Shown piece by piece: positions 16,986 through 28,128 of a stretch of DNA of 64,000 bases. The position numbers and the translations under genes were made by a program. The notes below the pieces were generated by a model. It saw only the letters and a program-made list of their open reading frames with translations. It was not told where the DNA came from and made no database searches. This DNA comes from Sedimentisphaerales bacterium (GTDB lineage: Bacteria > Planctomycetota > Phycisphaerae > Sedimentisphaerales > Anaerobacaceae). The stretch spans positions 1,888,001 to 1,952,000 of the forward strand of contig OY970194.1 in NCBI GenBank assembly GCA_963708075.1. The letters are read 5' to 3'. Within the stretch, counting starts at the first letter, position 1, and each line of letters begins with the position of its first letter.

Positions 16986-19900
16986 ATGAATAAGAATCTG
17001 CTGCCGAAATCTGTTTTCATCATCATCCTGGTAGTTCTGGCGATCTACATGCTGTTTCCGCCGAGCAAGACGCTCAAGCCCGGAATCGACCTGGCCGGCG
17101 GGACGAGCCTGATCTATGCCATCGATACCGAAGGCCTCGGCGCCGACGGAAAAAGGGACTTGGCCGAGAAGATGATCCAGATCCTGCGAAGGCGTATCGA
17201 CCCGGCGAACATCCAGAACCTTGTCTGGCGGCCCATGGGCGACACACGGTTCGAGATCCAGATGCCTCTGGCGAGCCAGGAGACGCAGGACCGGCGCAAG
17301 AGCTACGAGACGGCCCTGAACGATCTGCTCGCTCGCAACGTGAATGCCGCGACGATCATGCGCTCGCTTCAACTGGCCCCGGAGGAGCGGACCAAAGCCT
17401 TCCAGAAGATCATGCAGAACGATCCAAACCGGCTGAAGATCCTGGAGGAACTTGCGTCCGTTCACGACGAGCGACAGGCAACGCAGAAGAAGAGGGACGA
17501 GCTGTACGCGAAGGTGGCAGAGACCGAGAAGAAGATCTCGGAAGCCGGCCTGGCACTGGATCGAATCCAGGCGAACAGGAAGGACTGGGTCAAGCTCGAT
17601 GATGAGAAGCTCAAGACGACGCTCAAAGATTTCCTGGGCTCCGAGGAGCACATCGGACTGCTCACGGACTACGTCAAGACAAACTCGGAGCTGACGAGCA
17701 CCCTGAGCCGGCTCACCGATGAGTCGGGCCTCAACGACCGCTACGAAGCGGCGAAACGCGAATTGGATCGGCTCAACCTGACCCAGGAACAGATCAGCTA
17801 CATGCTGGAGTTGCCCGAGAACGCGCCCCGCCGTGTGGAACGTATTGCAGAGTACAAGGCGGAGTTTCCGGACCGCGGAGCGCAGATCGATACGGTCGTG
17901 GCGGCTTTTGACAAGTACCGGGAGTACCAGGGCCGGCTCGATGACCCGAGCGACCTGAAGCGCATGCTCAAAGGCGCCGGCATTCTCGAATTCCGGATTC
18001 TGCCCACGCAGGACCGGACGGAGCTGAGCGGCACCGAGATCGAGCGATACTCGCAGGTCTTGACCGAGAAGGGCCCCAAATCCGCCTCCGACGCCAACTA
18101 CAAGTGGTTCGAGATCGAGAACATGGAGGAGTGGCACAATCCTTACTCGATTATGGGCAAGTTCGGCGACAAGGTCTACGTTCTGGCCAGCAACAGGCCC
18201 GGCGAGAGGATGCTGCACGACGCGACCGGCCGCGATTGGAGGCTGGACAACTCCTACCCCACAAATGACGAGATGGGCAAGAGAGCCATCGGGTTCCATC
18301 TCGACGTCAAGGGCGGGAACCTGTTCTACGACATCACGAGGAAGAATGGCGCGCGGCCCCTGGCCATCCTGCTCGACGACATCGCCATCTCCGCCCCGCA
18401 GATCAACCCCGAACACCCCATCGGACAGAGCGGCATCATCATGGGCAGCTTCACGCAGACGCAAGTCAACGACATGGTGAACAAGCTGAATGCCGGCTCG
18501 CTGCCCGCCCGCTTGATCGAGCAGCCCATCTCGGAAAGGGTCATTGGACCGTCCATCGGCGCCGATAACCTCCAGAAAGGTATCCGCTCGGGCATGATCG
18601 GCCTGGTGCTCGTCATCAGCTTCATGATCGTGTACTACTTCGTCGGCGGCTCCATCGCCGACGTGGCCCTGCTGCTGAACATCCTGTTCACGCTAGCCAT
18701 CATGGCCGGGATTCGATCCACGTTTACCTTGCCCGGTATCGCCGGCTTCATCCTGACGATCGGCATGAGCGTCGATGCCAACGTGCTGATCTTCGAAAGA
18801 ATCCGCGAGGAGCAGGAGCGAGGCGCGGGCATCGCCACGGCCATCAAGAACGGCTATCAACGGGCGTTCAGCGCCATTTTCGACTCCAACCTGACGACCA
18901 TCATGACGGCCGCGATCCTCTACTACGTCGCAGCAGAGGACGTCAAAGGCTTTGCCATCGTCCTGATGCTCGGTATCGCGGCGAGTATGTTCACCTCGAT
19001 CTACGTGACGCGGGTGATCTTCGATATTCTGGTTTCCAAGCGGATCCTCAAGGACCACCTGTTCATGCTCCGGCTCATTCGCACGCCGAACATCGACTGG
19101 ATGGGCCTGCGACCGGTGTTCTTTACCATCTCGGCCATCCTCGTCTTCGGCGGCGTGATCTTGTTCTTGGTCCGCGATGACTCGAAGTATGACATTGAGC
19201 TGACCGGCGGTACGAGCGTTCAGATCAATCTGAAGCCCGAGGTATCGCTCACTCGCCAGGACGTGGAAGACCGCATCGTGCAGATTGCGAAAGAGTCGGG
19301 GAATGCCGATCTGCAGGCGGTCAGCGTCTACAGCGTCGGCGAGTTGAAGAACCCCGACGTGAAGAACATCTACGACGAGTACGAGATTACCACGCCGGCT
19401 GCCAACACGCTTGAGACCACGGTCACATTCGGCGAGGGCAGCACGGAGACGGTCGATACCGTAAGAGCAACCATTCAGAAGGTACAGGCAAAGGAAGCGT
19501 ATGATCTGGGCGAAATCAAGGTGACCGCCGGCGCGGACAGGTCGTTTGTCGTCACGGGCAACCGCATCAACCCGACGGGAGCCCAGACTTTACTCAAGAG
19601 CGCCTTCCCCAATGCCGAAGTCTCGGCATCCACGATCATTGAAGTCGTCTCCAGCGCCGTCCGCAACGCTTTCGAGGGACAGTTGGAGATCCAGCAAAAC
19701 CTTCAACCCACGATCGCTTCGACCGACAAGATCACCAGTGCGATGGTCGAGAAGTATCCTGAGCTTGCGGACTACATCGGCGGCGTCAAGATGGACGTCA
19801 GCCTTGCCAGACCCGCCTCACGGGATGAAATCGATCAGCGACTGAGGCAGTTGCGGTTCCGGCCTGACACACAGGACCTGGCATCGTACCCCTACCAGCT

Positions 19901-20666
19901 CTTCGGCGCCGAGCTGAAGCTCGTCGAGTCTAACCAACCGGCCAACGCAGTCACCTTTGTCAGTATGCAGCCGGACGCCGGCTTGCGAGAGCTCACGCCG
20001 GACGAATGGACGCAATTCGTGGACAACGAAAAGACCCGGGTCCTGCAGGCGACGCAGCACGAAACCTCGCTTCCGCGTGTGACCCAGATTGATCCGTTCA
20101 TCGGGGCCGAGGCACGGACGCGCGCCATCATCTCCATCGTGCTGGCGCTGGCCGCGATTGTAGCCTATATCTGGCTGCGATTCGGCACCTTGCGGTTCGG
20201 CCTGGCGGCTATTATCGCCTTGTTCCACGACGTCTCGGTGGCGCTGGGTGCGATTGCGATCTCGGCGTTCCTCGCCAAGACCGCCATCGGCCAGGCGCTG
20301 CTCATCGGCGACTTCCGGATCAACGGAACGGTCATCGCCGCGATCCTGACCCTGCTCGGCTATTCGCTGAACGATACCATCGTCGTGTTCGACCGAATTC
20401 GCGAGAACCGGCGCAAGGTGCAACTGACAGCGCAATCCATTACGAGCAGCATCAACCAGACACTGTCCCGAACCTTGATCACGGGTATTACGACGATGAT
20501 GGTCGTGCTCGTGATGTACATCTTCGGCGGCCCCGGGCTGAGAGGCTTCAACTTCGTGATCTTCCTCGGCCTGGTCGTCGGTACGTATTCCTCCATCGCC
20601 ATCGCCGCCCCGCTGCTGCTGGTCGGCCTGGGCCGGGCACGGGAAACGGAGAAGATGGCGGCCTGA
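16986..20666 (+). CDS. secDF: Fused protein translocase subunit SecDF
   Basis: GIDLAGG, IGPSIG, GMSVDANVLIFERIREE, DIELTGG, GYSLNDTIVVFDRIREN. Confidence 0.96.
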   Translation: MNKNLLPKSVFIIILVVLAIYMLFPPSKTLKPGIDLAGGTSLIYAIDTEGLGADGKRDLAEKMIQILRRRIDPANIQNLVWRPMGDTRFEIQMPLASQETQDRRKSYETALNDLLARNVNAATIMRSLQLAPEERTKAFQKIMQNDPNRLKILEELASVHDERQATQKKRDELYAKVAETEKKISEAGLALDRIQANRKDWVKLDDEKLKTTLKDFLGSEEHIGLLTDYVKTNSELTSTLSRLTDESGLNDRYEAAKRELDRLNLTQEQISYMLELPENAPRRVERIAEYKAEFPDRGAQIDTVVAAFDKYREYQGRLDDPSDLKRMLKGAGILEFRILPTQDRTELSGTEIERYSQVLTEKGPKSASDANYKWFEIENMEEWHNPYSIMGKFGDKVYVLASNRPGERMLHDATGRDWRLDNSYPTNDEMGKRAIGFHLDVKGGNLFYDITRKNGARPLAILLDDIAISAPQINPEHPIGQSGIIMGSFTQTQVNDMVNKLNAGSLPARLIEQPISERVIGPSIGADNLQKGIRSGMIGLVLVISFMIVYYFVGGSIADVALLLNILFTLAIMAGIRSTFTLPGIAGFILTIGMSVDANVLIFERIREEQERGAGIATAIKNGYQRAFSAIFDSNLTTIMTAAILYYVAAEDVKGFAIVLMLGIAASMFTSIYVTRVIFDILVSKRILKDHLFMLRLIRTPNIDWMGLRPVFFTISAILVFGGVILFLVRDDSKYDIELTGGTSVQINLKPEVSLTRQDVEDRIVQIAKESGNADLQAVSVYSVGELKNPDVKNIYDEYEITTPAANTLETTVTFGEGSTETVDTVRATIQKVQAKEAYDLGEIKVTAGADRSFVVTGNRINPTGAQTLLKSAFPNAEVSASTIIEVVSSAVRNAFEGQLEIQQNLQPTIASTDKITSAMVEKYPELADYIGGVKMDVSLARPASRDEIDQRLRQLRFRPDTQDLASYPYQLFGAELKLVESNQPANAVTFVSMQPDAGLRELTPDEWTQFVDNEKTRVLQATQHETSLPRVTQIDPFIGAEARTRAIISIVLALAAIVAYIWLRFGTLRFGLAAIIALFHDVSVALGAIAISAFLAKTAIGQALLIGDFRINGTVIAAILTLLGYSLNDTIVVFDRIRENRRKVQLTAQSITSSINQTLSRTLITGITTMMVVLVMYIFGGPGLRGFNFVIFLGLVVGTYSSIAIAAPLLLVGLGRARETEKMAA

Positions 20667-20677
20667 TACGGTTGCCT

Positions 20678-21205
20678 ATGGGCAAGGACTACAAGATAGG
20701 ATTGGCCTCAGGTTCGGTCGTGGCCGTCATCGCCCTGATCTGGGTGGCGACCCGGCCGAGCCTGAGTCCCGAAGCCAGGATACTTCGGTCGTCGCAAGCG
20801 GCGCCCTCCAGTTCCGGCGTGGGACTTGCGGATCGGCGACCAAGCCAGACCCGCAGCGATGTCACAACGCCGGAAACTCGTGGTTCGCTGGGAAGCGTCA
20901 TAGACTCTCCGCAACAAGGCAAGAAGCAGCAAGCCGGGAACGATGAGTCTCCCGGCCCTGTGGCTCAGGTTCCAGCCCCCAATCCGCAATCCACCACGGG
21001 CCCGGACCTGACGGTCTACGAGAGAGCCGAAAAGATCAAGACCATTCGCTTCCACATCGTCCGCAGAGAGGACACGCTCTCGGCTATCTCGCGGCAATAC
21101 TATGGCACCCCGAACAACTGGAAAAAGGTCCTTGAGGCCAACAAGCGAGTCATCAAGGATCCCAACAAGCTCCAGCCCGGAACGAAGCTGACCATCCCGG
21201 AGTAG
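20678..21205 (+). CDS. Membrane-anchored LysM domain protein
   Basis: N-terminal TM; HIVRREDTLSAISRQYYG...LQPGTKLTIP. Confidence 0.9.
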   Translation: MGKDYKIGLASGSVVAVIALIWVATRPSLSPEARILRSSQAAPSSSGVGLADRRPSQTRSDVTTPETRGSLGSVIDSPQQGKKQQAGNDESPGPVAQVPAPNPQSTTGPDLTVYERAEKIKTIRFHIVRREDTLSAISRQYYGTPNNWKKVLEANKRVIKDPNKLQPGTKLTIPE

Positions 21206-21234
21206 CAAACCTCTTTAGTGTGGCAAGTCCCACC

Positions 21235-22002
21235 CTACTGGCCGCTGACCACCAGGCTGGCGGCGTCGACGTCGATAAGCCAGATGATCTTGTTCAGCGC
21301 CGGCCACAAAACGTGTATCGGATACTTCACTTCGTCCGGCTCGCTGGTCAGCACCTCCTTGAGGATCTGCGCCTTTTCCTCCCCAGACACCAGCACTGCT
21401 AGCCGCTTGGCCGCCAGCAGCACCGGATGCGTCAGGGTCACGCGATTGAGCGTATCGTCCAGTACATAGACGGCACAGACCAAGTCGCTGACATCGAACG
21501 TGGCATAGGAGCGCGGAAACAAGGATCCGGTATGGCCATCCACCCCCATGCCCAGGATGATCAGATCGAATTCCGGCATCTCCTTGTCGCGCAGGTCGAA
21601 CACCTCGCGGATCGCCCGCTCGTACGTGAGTGCCGCTACGGTGATGTCCTCGTACTCCGTCGGTATCCGGTGGATGTTGCCGGGCGGAATACTGACCTTA
21701 CCCAAAAAGGTATCGGCCGCCAGCTTATAGTTGCTGTGTGGCGAATCCGGCGGAACGTACCGCTCGTCCACCCAGAATATGTGGATCTTCTCCCACGCCA
21801 GGGCGCGAGCATCGGGCGAAGCCGCCAGCATCTCGAAGAAGCGTTTCGGCGTCTGGCCGCCCGAGATCGCCACATGGAATCGGTCGTGCGACCGAATCGC
21901 ATCCAGGGCGGAGGAAACAAACAGTTGCACGGCCTTGCGGGCAAGGCCCTCCGGATCAGAGGCAATCTGCACGTTCGGCTTGTACTGGGTAGTCGTCTCC
22001 AT
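21235..22002 (-). CDS. pgl: 6-phosphogluconolactonase
   Basis: AISGGQTP, FWVDERYVP...SNY, LGMGVDGHTGSLFP. Confidence 0.95.
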   Translation of the reverse strand: METTTQYKPNVQIASDPEGLARKAVQLFVSSALDAIRSHDRFHVAISGGQTPKRFFEMLAASPDARALAWEKIHIFWVDERYVPPDSPHSNYKLAADTFLGKVSIPPGNIHRIPTEYEDITVAALTYERAIREVFDLRDKEMPEFDLIILGMGVDGHTGSLFPRSYATFDVSDLVCAVYVLDDTLNRVTLTHPVLLAAKRLAVLVSGEEKAQILKEVLTSEPDEVKYPIHVLWPALNKIIWLIDVDAASLVVSGQ

Positions 22003-22085
22003 GTGAATCGATCCCCGCGAGCAACACCTTTACCTCTCACGAGCACAGTATACCACCCGAAGCACGAGGCCCGAGGCTCACACTT

Positions 22086-22376
22086 CTAAGTAATATCCTG
22101 TATCTCCCACAGGAAGGCTTTGACCCCCTCCGAGCCGTGCGTCTGTCTCATCCGCCGGACGCTGTCCATGGCAACGCGGGCCTTGTCATCCTCGACGATC
22201 ACCAGGGTCGCGTAGTTGATGCCGGGCCACACCTCCGTGTTCAGGTGAGGCTCACTGAGCTGCCCCCGACCCAGGACATCGGCGAATTTCGTGTAGCAGG
22301 CTATGCCCGCCGAGGTCAGAAGATCGTTAACTTCGGCATCGATGGCGGCGTTGTGTACGATCAGAACGGCTTTCAC
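22086..22376 (-). CDS. PII-like, transporter-associated protein (PG0541-like)
   Basis: 96 aa, GRGQLSEPHLNTEVWPG, last gene of the RND operon. Confidence 0.72.
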   Translation of the reverse strand: MKAVLIVHNAAIDAEVNDLLTSAGIACYTKFADVLGRGQLSEPHLNTEVWPGINYATLVIVEDDKARVAMDSVRRMRQTHGSEGVKAFLWEIQDIT

Positions 22377-22385
22377 AAGCTCCCT

Positions 22386-25300
22386 TTACTTCAAATCGGA
22401 AACCTTCACACCTTCGAACAGACTGTAAAGCGTCGGCATCAGGACCAGGGTGATGAGCGTGCTGAGCGTCATGCCGCCGATGCTGGCGACGGCAAACGGA
22501 CCCCAGATCTCTGAGCCGGCCCCGTGCGAGATGGTCAGCGGCGCCACGCCCAGCAGCGTGGTCAGCGTCGTGCTCACGATCGGCCGCAGGCGGCTGCGAC
22601 CGCCCTCTATGATCGCCGCCACGGCGTCATAACCGCGATGGCGAAGAATTCCTATGTAGCTGATCAGGACGATTCCGTTGTTGACCACCAGGCCGATCAG
22701 CAAAATCAACGAGATGAACGTCACGATGCTCATGGGGATGCCCGTCAGCGCCAGCACCATGGTCACCCCGACAATGCCGAACGGGACGGACAGGAAGATG
22801 ATGAACGGATCGCGGTAGGACTCGAACTGAGACGCCATGACCATGTACACCAGGACCATGCCCAGCACCATGGCGAGGATCAACAGCCGGAAGGCCTCCT
22901 CTCTCTGCTCCTCCGCCCCCGCGATTTTGTGGCCGAACCCGGGCGGCGCGGGGATCTTCCCGAGGGCCGCTCGAACGTCCGTTGCCACCGAGCCCAGATC
23001 ACGCCCACGGACCTGGCTGGAGACCGTGATATAGCGGGCCTGGTCCTTGCGCTCGATTCGGCTGGGCCCGTACCCCTGCTCCATCTCGGCGAAGTTCGCC
23101 AGGCAGACCTGCCCGCCCAGCGGTGTATTCACATACACGTCCCGCAAGTCCTGAATTCTCTGCCTGTCCTCGGGCCGCAGCCGGATGCGGACATCGTACT
23201 CATCGCCGCCCTCGCGATACCGCGTGGCGGTGGTGCCGGCGAACATAGTCTCCACGGCTTTGCCGATGGTGCGGACATCGAGCCCGAGCCTGGCGGCCTT
23301 CTCCCGGTCCACGATTACCTTGATCTCGGGCTTCTCCTCCGTGCGGCTGATGCTGACATCCTCGATACCGGCGATGCGGGTGATCGCCCGCTGCACCTGT
23401 TCGGCATACTCCATCGCCTTGGCCATGTCATGGCCGTACAATTCGATTGACAGAGCCCCGGCGGTGCCGAAGATCATCTCCTCAAAGGGATCGCGGGCGT
23501 TGTAACGGACCACCGCGCCCGGCATCCCATCGATGACTGGCCGCACCCGCTCGATGATCTCCTTCGGCGACGCATCTCGCTTCTCCTTGTCCACCAGCTT
23601 GACAAAGACCATCCCCATGTAGGTTTCCATGTCCCCGATGAATTCCTGGGCGCCGGCCTCGTCCACCACGCCCCACCGCACGTACACATCCTGGCTCTCC
23701 GGCACATGGGCAGCCACGATCTTGCCTATCTGCTGACCTACGCGGCCGGTCCGCTCGTATCGTGTGCCCACGGGCAGCTCAAACTCCACCTCCAACTGGC
23801 TTTGATCCTCCTGGGGAAAGAACTCGCGTCCGACGAACATGGTCAATCCCAGGCACCAGAGGAAGATCAGCACGCAGGATACGAGCACGGTCTTGCGGTT
23901 GCGAAGCGACCAGGCCAGAAGCCTGCAGTAGCCATCTTCCATCCCGGTCAGGACCCTTTCGCCCCAGCGAGAGAAAAGGCCCAGGCCGGTGGTCCTGCCC
24001 GCCTCTTCGTTCTTGAGGAATTTCGAGCAGAGCATTGGCACGAGCATCAACGACGTCAACAGGGAGGCCACGAGCGACATCGTGACGATCATGGCAAACT
24101 GCCCGAAGATGATCTCCGTGATGCCGCCCACGAACATGACGGGCACGAAGATAGCTATCGTCGTCAACGTGGAGGCCACCACGGCCACACCCACCTCGTT
24201 CGTGCCGTGGATCGCACTTTCGCGAGCCCGCTGGCCTCTCTGATGACGACGGTGAATGTTGTCGACGACTACGATCGCGGCATCCACAACCTCCCCGACG
24301 GCAATGGCCAGGGCCGCCAGGCTCGTCGTGTTGATTGTGTAGCCCGCTATGTGCATCAGCAGAAAGGTGATAATCAGCGAGGTCGGCACGGATGTCGCCA
24401 CGATCAGGCTCGCCCGCAAGCTGCCCACGAAGAACAGGATCACGAAGAAAACGCCGAGGATCGCCCAGAAGACGTTGTCGCGCAGGTTGCGCATGGAGGC
24501 CATGATGAAGTCGGAGTTGTCCATGACCACGCCCATCTTCACGTCGGGCGGCAGGTTCGCCCTGACTTCCTCCAGCTTGGCGCGAACAGCCCGGGAGACC
24601 TCGACGGTGTTGCCGCCGCTTTGTTTTTGCACGAAGACCGCCATCGCCCGCTGGCCGTTGAGCCGGACGTCATAGCCGCGCTCCTTGAAGGCATCCTTGA
24701 TCTCCGCGATGTCCTTCAGCTTGACGGGGATCCCCCCCGGCGAGGCGACGATGACCTCGCCGACTTCCTCGGGAGTGGCAAACTCCTCGGGCGTGCGCAC
24801 GAGGAAATCCTTGTACCCGGTGCGGATGTTGCCGCCCGGGACGCTGATGTTCTGCGAGGCCAGGATCGCCGTGAGCTGCCCGAACGAGAGATTCAGCGCC
24901 GCCAGCCGGTCCTGCTGAATTTCGACCCGGACCTGCCGCTCCAGCCCCCCATGCACGGCAGCCGCGGCCACCCCATCGACCCGCTTCAGTGGATCGGCGA
25001 CCTGATCCTCCACGATCTTCTGCAGCCGGGGATAGCTGTCCCCGGCTGTGATGCCGATGATCATGACCGGGAACATGTCGATGTCGAACTTGAACACGAT
25101 GGGCGTCTCCGCCTCCTCCGGCAGGCGCTCCTTGACCATGTCGAGCTTCTCCCGCACGTCGTTGGCAGCCTCGTCGATGTTCTCGCCCCAGTCGAACTTC
25201 AGGGTGACCGTGGACACCCCTTCCTTGGAGACCGACAGCACCTCATCGACGCGGGAGATCGTGCTGAGGATATCCTCAATGGGCTCAGTGATCAGCGTCT

Positions 25301-25478
25301 CCATTTCCTCCGGTCCCGCCCCTTCATAGAGCGTCACAACAGAAATGGCCGGAATCTCGATCTCGGGCAGCAGATCGATCCCCAGCAAGCTCATGGAGGT
25401 CAGCCCGAGCACCACCATGGCGATGAAGATCATCAACGTCGTGACGGGCTTGTTGACGGAGAATTGCGCCAGCTTCAT
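22386..25478 (-). CDS. RND efflux transporter permease (AcrB family)
   Basis: 1030 aa; GEVVDAAIVVVDNI, MASQFES, GLVVNNGIVL, RLRPI. Confidence 0.95.
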   Translation of the reverse strand: MKLAQFSVNKPVTTLMIFIAMVVLGLTSMSLLGIDLLPEIEIPAISVVTLYEGAGPEEMETLITEPIEDILSTISRVDEVLSVSKEGVSTVTLKFDWGENIDEAANDVREKLDMVKERLPEEAETPIVFKFDIDMFPVMIIGITAGDSYPRLQKIVEDQVADPLKRVDGVAAAAVHGGLERQVRVEIQQDRLAALNLSFGQLTAILASQNISVPGGNIRTGYKDFLVRTPEEFATPEEVGEVIVASPGGIPVKLKDIAEIKDAFKERGYDVRLNGQRAMAVFVQKQSGGNTVEVSRAVRAKLEEVRANLPPDVKMGVVMDNSDFIMASMRNLRDNVFWAILGVFFVILFFVGSLRASLIVATSVPTSLIITFLLMHIAGYTINTTSLAALAIAVGEVVDAAIVVVDNIHRRHQRGQRARESAIHGTNEVGVAVVASTLTTIAIFVPVMFVGGITEIIFGQFAMIVTMSLVASLLTSLMLVPMLCSKFLKNEEAGRTTGLGLFSRWGERVLTGMEDGYCRLLAWSLRNRKTVLVSCVLIFLWCLGLTMFVGREFFPQEDQSQLEVEFELPVGTRYERTGRVGQQIGKIVAAHVPESQDVYVRWGVVDEAGAQEFIGDMETYMGMVFVKLVDKEKRDASPKEIIERVRPVIDGMPGAVVRYNARDPFEEMIFGTAGALSIELYGHDMAKAMEYAEQVQRAITRIAGIEDVSISRTEEKPEIKVIVDREKAARLGLDVRTIGKAVETMFAGTTATRYREGGDEYDVRIRLRPEDRQRIQDLRDVYVNTPLGGQVCLANFAEMEQGYGPSRIERKDQARYITVSSQVRGRDLGSVATDVRAALGKIPAPPGFGHKIAGAEEQREEAFRLLILAMVLGMVLVYMVMASQFESYRDPFIIFLSVPFGIVGVTMVLALTGIPMSIVTFISLILLIGLVVNNGIVLISYIGILRHRGYDAVAAIIEGGRSRLRPIVSTTLTTLLGVAPLTISHGAGSEIWGPFAVASIGGMTLSTLITLVLMPTLYSLFEGVKVSDLK

Positions 25479-26611
25479 CGGATGTCCTCTAACCGCACGA
25501 CTTCGACAGCGGTGCCGTCGGCGAGGTGATGCATGCCGTTGACGACGAGACTCTCACCGGACTGGAGGCCGCTGACAATCTCACACTGCGGGCCGTCCGT
25601 CAGGCCGATTTCCACGATGCGTTTTTTCGCGCATCCGTTCTCCGCCACAAAGACGTACGGCGAGTCGATCTTGCCGCCGAGAATGACATCGCGCGCAATG
25701 ACAACCGCCGTGTCCCTGCGATTGAGGACCAGCTTCACACGGGCGAACATCCCCGGCCGAAGCAGCAGGTCGCCGTTCCGCAGCCGGATTTCCAACCGGA
25801 TGGTGTGGGTCTGCTCGTCAAGAGCCGGATAGATGCAGTAGACCTCCGTCTCGAACACGCGGTCCTTGAATGCATCCACAGCGATCTTTACCGCCATGCC
25901 TTGACAAATCTGCGGCGAGTACCGCTCCGGCACGGCGGCCAGCACTTTCACCGTCTTGATATCGGCAAGGCTGACAATCCGCTGCCCCTGAGCGACCAGG
26001 TTGCCCTCATCGATGTACCGGGTGGTGACGAAGCCGTCGATGGGACAGACGATCGTGGACTCGCGAAGATTGATCTTCGCCAATTCGAGATTCGCCATGG
26101 CGAGGTTCAGGCCCGCCGCCGCCAGTTCAGAGGCTGTCACTGCCTGATCTCTCGCCTGCTCCGTGGCCGAGCCCGCCTCAAATAGTCCGACAATTCGCTT
26201 GCTCTCGCGCTGTGCCTCTGCCAGTTGCACTTGCCTGGCCCTGACCTCGGCTTCCGCGACGGCCACCTGCGCCTGATGCATGTCATGGTCGATCACGGCC
26301 AACTCCTGCCCCTGCGAGACAGGCAGGCCGACATCGACACTCTGGCGGCTCCCATCAGGCATCACCACCGCCAGCGACTCGATCCGGCCGGCGACCTTCG
26401 AGGCGAGCTCCACACGCTTGTTTGCCATGATTACGCCCGTCAGCTCCAACGTCTGCTCGATTGGCGCCATGCTGACAGGTTCGACCTCGATGGGCACGGG
26501 CCGCTCCTCGGCAGGCGCTTCCACGGGCTTGCGCACGTAGCCCCACCAGAACGTGCCCAGCACAATGGCCACAGCCGCGGCCCAGTACAATCCTCGCCTA
26601 ACCATTCTCAT
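25475..26611 (-). CDS. RND periplasmic adaptor (MFP)
   Basis: N-terminal TM, ASKVAGRI, CPIDGFV, LRPGMFARV. Confidence 0.93.
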   Translation of the reverse strand: MRMVRRGLYWAAAVAIVLGTFWWGYVRKPVEAPAEERPVPIEVEPVSMAPIEQTLELTGVIMANKRVELASKVAGRIESLAVVMPDGSRQSVDVGLPVSQGQELAVIDHDMHQAQVAVAEAEVRARQVQLAEAQRESKRIVGLFEAGSATEQARDQAVTASELAAAGLNLAMANLELAKINLRESTIVCPIDGFVTTRYIDEGNLVAQGQRIVSLADIKTVKVLAAVPERYSPQICQGMAVKIAVDAFKDRVFETEVYCIYPALDEQTHTIRLEIRLRNGDLLLRPGMFARVKLVLNRRDTAVVIARDVILGGKIDSPYVFVAENGCAKKRIVEIGLTDGPQCEIVSGLQSGESLVVNGMHHLADGTAVEVVRLEDIR

Positions 26612-28079
26612 TCTGCTCGCTCCTGCTCCCCGTCTGCACCTTCGACCCATCCGCCGCCACGCCGCTTGCGATCGTGCCCATCGCCCGCTGCAGAGCGAGC
26701 TTGGCAGCGATGTGGGACCAGATCGCTTGATAATAATTCACGCTCGCAGTGGTCAACGCCGCCTGCGCGTCGATCATCTCCACTTGCGTGTTGATCCCCT
26801 GCTGGTAACCCACCTCGGCCAGACGCAGCCCCTCCTTCGCCCGCGTCAGGTTCAACTGCTGCGACTGCACGAACTCCACCGCGTTCTCCATACTCAGCAG
26901 CGCTTGGGTCAGCTCGTACAGTGCCGTCTCCTCCGTGTCCACCAGGTCGATCTGCGCCTGTCGCAGCCGGGCCTTCTCCTGGATGATCTGGCCCTCGCGC
27001 TGAAAGCCATTGAAGATCGGCCACGCCCCCTGCACGCCCGCCTGCCAGGCTTCGCCCCACGTGGTGTTGGTCTCCACGGAGTGCGGGTCCGGCCTGGCCC
27101 ACGTGTTGCCGAAGAATCCGCTGATATTCGGCAGATAGCGGCTGCGCGCAATCTGGAGTTGCTCTCGTTGCTGGCGAATCTGGTATTCCTGCCTGTACAA
27201 ATCCGGGCGATTCGTAAACGCCTCCCCCACCGCCTGTTCCATCGATACCTCGATGGGGGCGTACACAAGCGCGTCGGAGAGGACGAAATCGCTGTCCTGC
27301 GAAACGCCCATGATCTTGATAAGATTGGCCCGGGCAAGATCGATGGCGTTTTTACTGCGAATGAGATCGGCCTCGAAATTGGACAGCTCCACCTGTGCCC
27401 GCAGGACATCGAAGTCGGACGCCACGCCGCCGGCCCGCCGCTTCTCGACCTGGTCCAGATGGACTTTCGCCGAGCGAACGGCGTCCGTGCTGACATCCAC
27501 CAAGTGCTGGTTGAGCACGAGGTCATAGTACGCCGTCTCAGCGGCGTAGACCACATCCTGCACGGCGGCCCGAACGACCTCGTCGGTGAGCAGGGAAAGA
27601 AGCCGGGCGGCACGCACCTGCGCCGAAATCGCCCCGCCCGCGTAGATCGGCTGGGTGACATTTAAGACCGCCGAGTAATTGTCCAGTGTGCCGAATTGAA
27701 TAGCAGGCATGCCTGCAACAGCGAGGGAGCTGACCTCATCCTTACGCAGGTATTGGCCGGACACGCTGACGTTCGGCAGGTAGGCCGAGCTCGCGATCAG
27801 ACGGGCCCCGCGTGCGATCTCCTTTTCCTCCATCGTCCGCTGGAGCATCTTATTGTGGACCAGCGTGAGCTTGAGGCAGTCCTCCACGCTCAGCTTGCCG
27901 CTGATGCGCGGCTGGGCGATGTCCTCCCGGGCCTTGCGAGTCTCCCACTGCCGGTACGCCGCCTCCCGCGAGAGGCCCACGTCCCTGCGAAATTCCTCCT
28001 GGCTCGTACATCCGCCGAGGAACACCGATCCGGCCGTGACGAACACGGCACGACAGAACACAGCTCGCAGCGTCTTCAT
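26598..28079 (-). CDS. TolC family outer membrane factor
   Basis: Lipobox FLGGC; TQPIYAGG; GVASDFDVLRAQVEL. Confidence 0.9.
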   Translation of the reverse strand: MKTLRAVFCRAVFVTAGSVFLGGCTSQEEFRRDVGLSREAAYRQWETRKAREDIAQPRISGKLSVEDCLKLTLVHNKMLQRTMEEKEIARGARLIASSAYLPNVSVSGQYLRKDEVSSLAVAGMPAIQFGTLDNYSAVLNVTQPIYAGGAISAQVRAARLLSLLTDEVVRAAVQDVVYAAETAYYDLVLNQHLVDVSTDAVRSAKVHLDQVEKRRAGGVASDFDVLRAQVELSNFEADLIRSKNAIDLARANLIKIMGVSQDSDFVLSDALVYAPIEVSMEQAVGEAFTNRPDLYRQEYQIRQQREQLQIARSRYLPNISGFFGNTWARPDPHSVETNTTWGEAWQAGVQGAWPIFNGFQREGQIIQEKARLRQAQIDLVDTEETALYELTQALLSMENAVEFVQSQQLNLTRAKEGLRLAEVGYQQGINTQVEMIDAQAALTTASVNYYQAIWSHIAAKLALQRAMGTIASGVAADGSKVQTGSRSEQNENG

Positions 28080-28128
28080 ATTCCTCCCTGCTTGTCTCTC
28101 ATGGGCTTTCCGCCGCCCCCGCGAAAGT

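Noticed and set aside
16560..25529. Long antisense ORFs (e.g. 16560..18464, 23706..25529)
   Set aside because: Shadow frames of real genes in GC-rich DNA, with no recognisable motifs.
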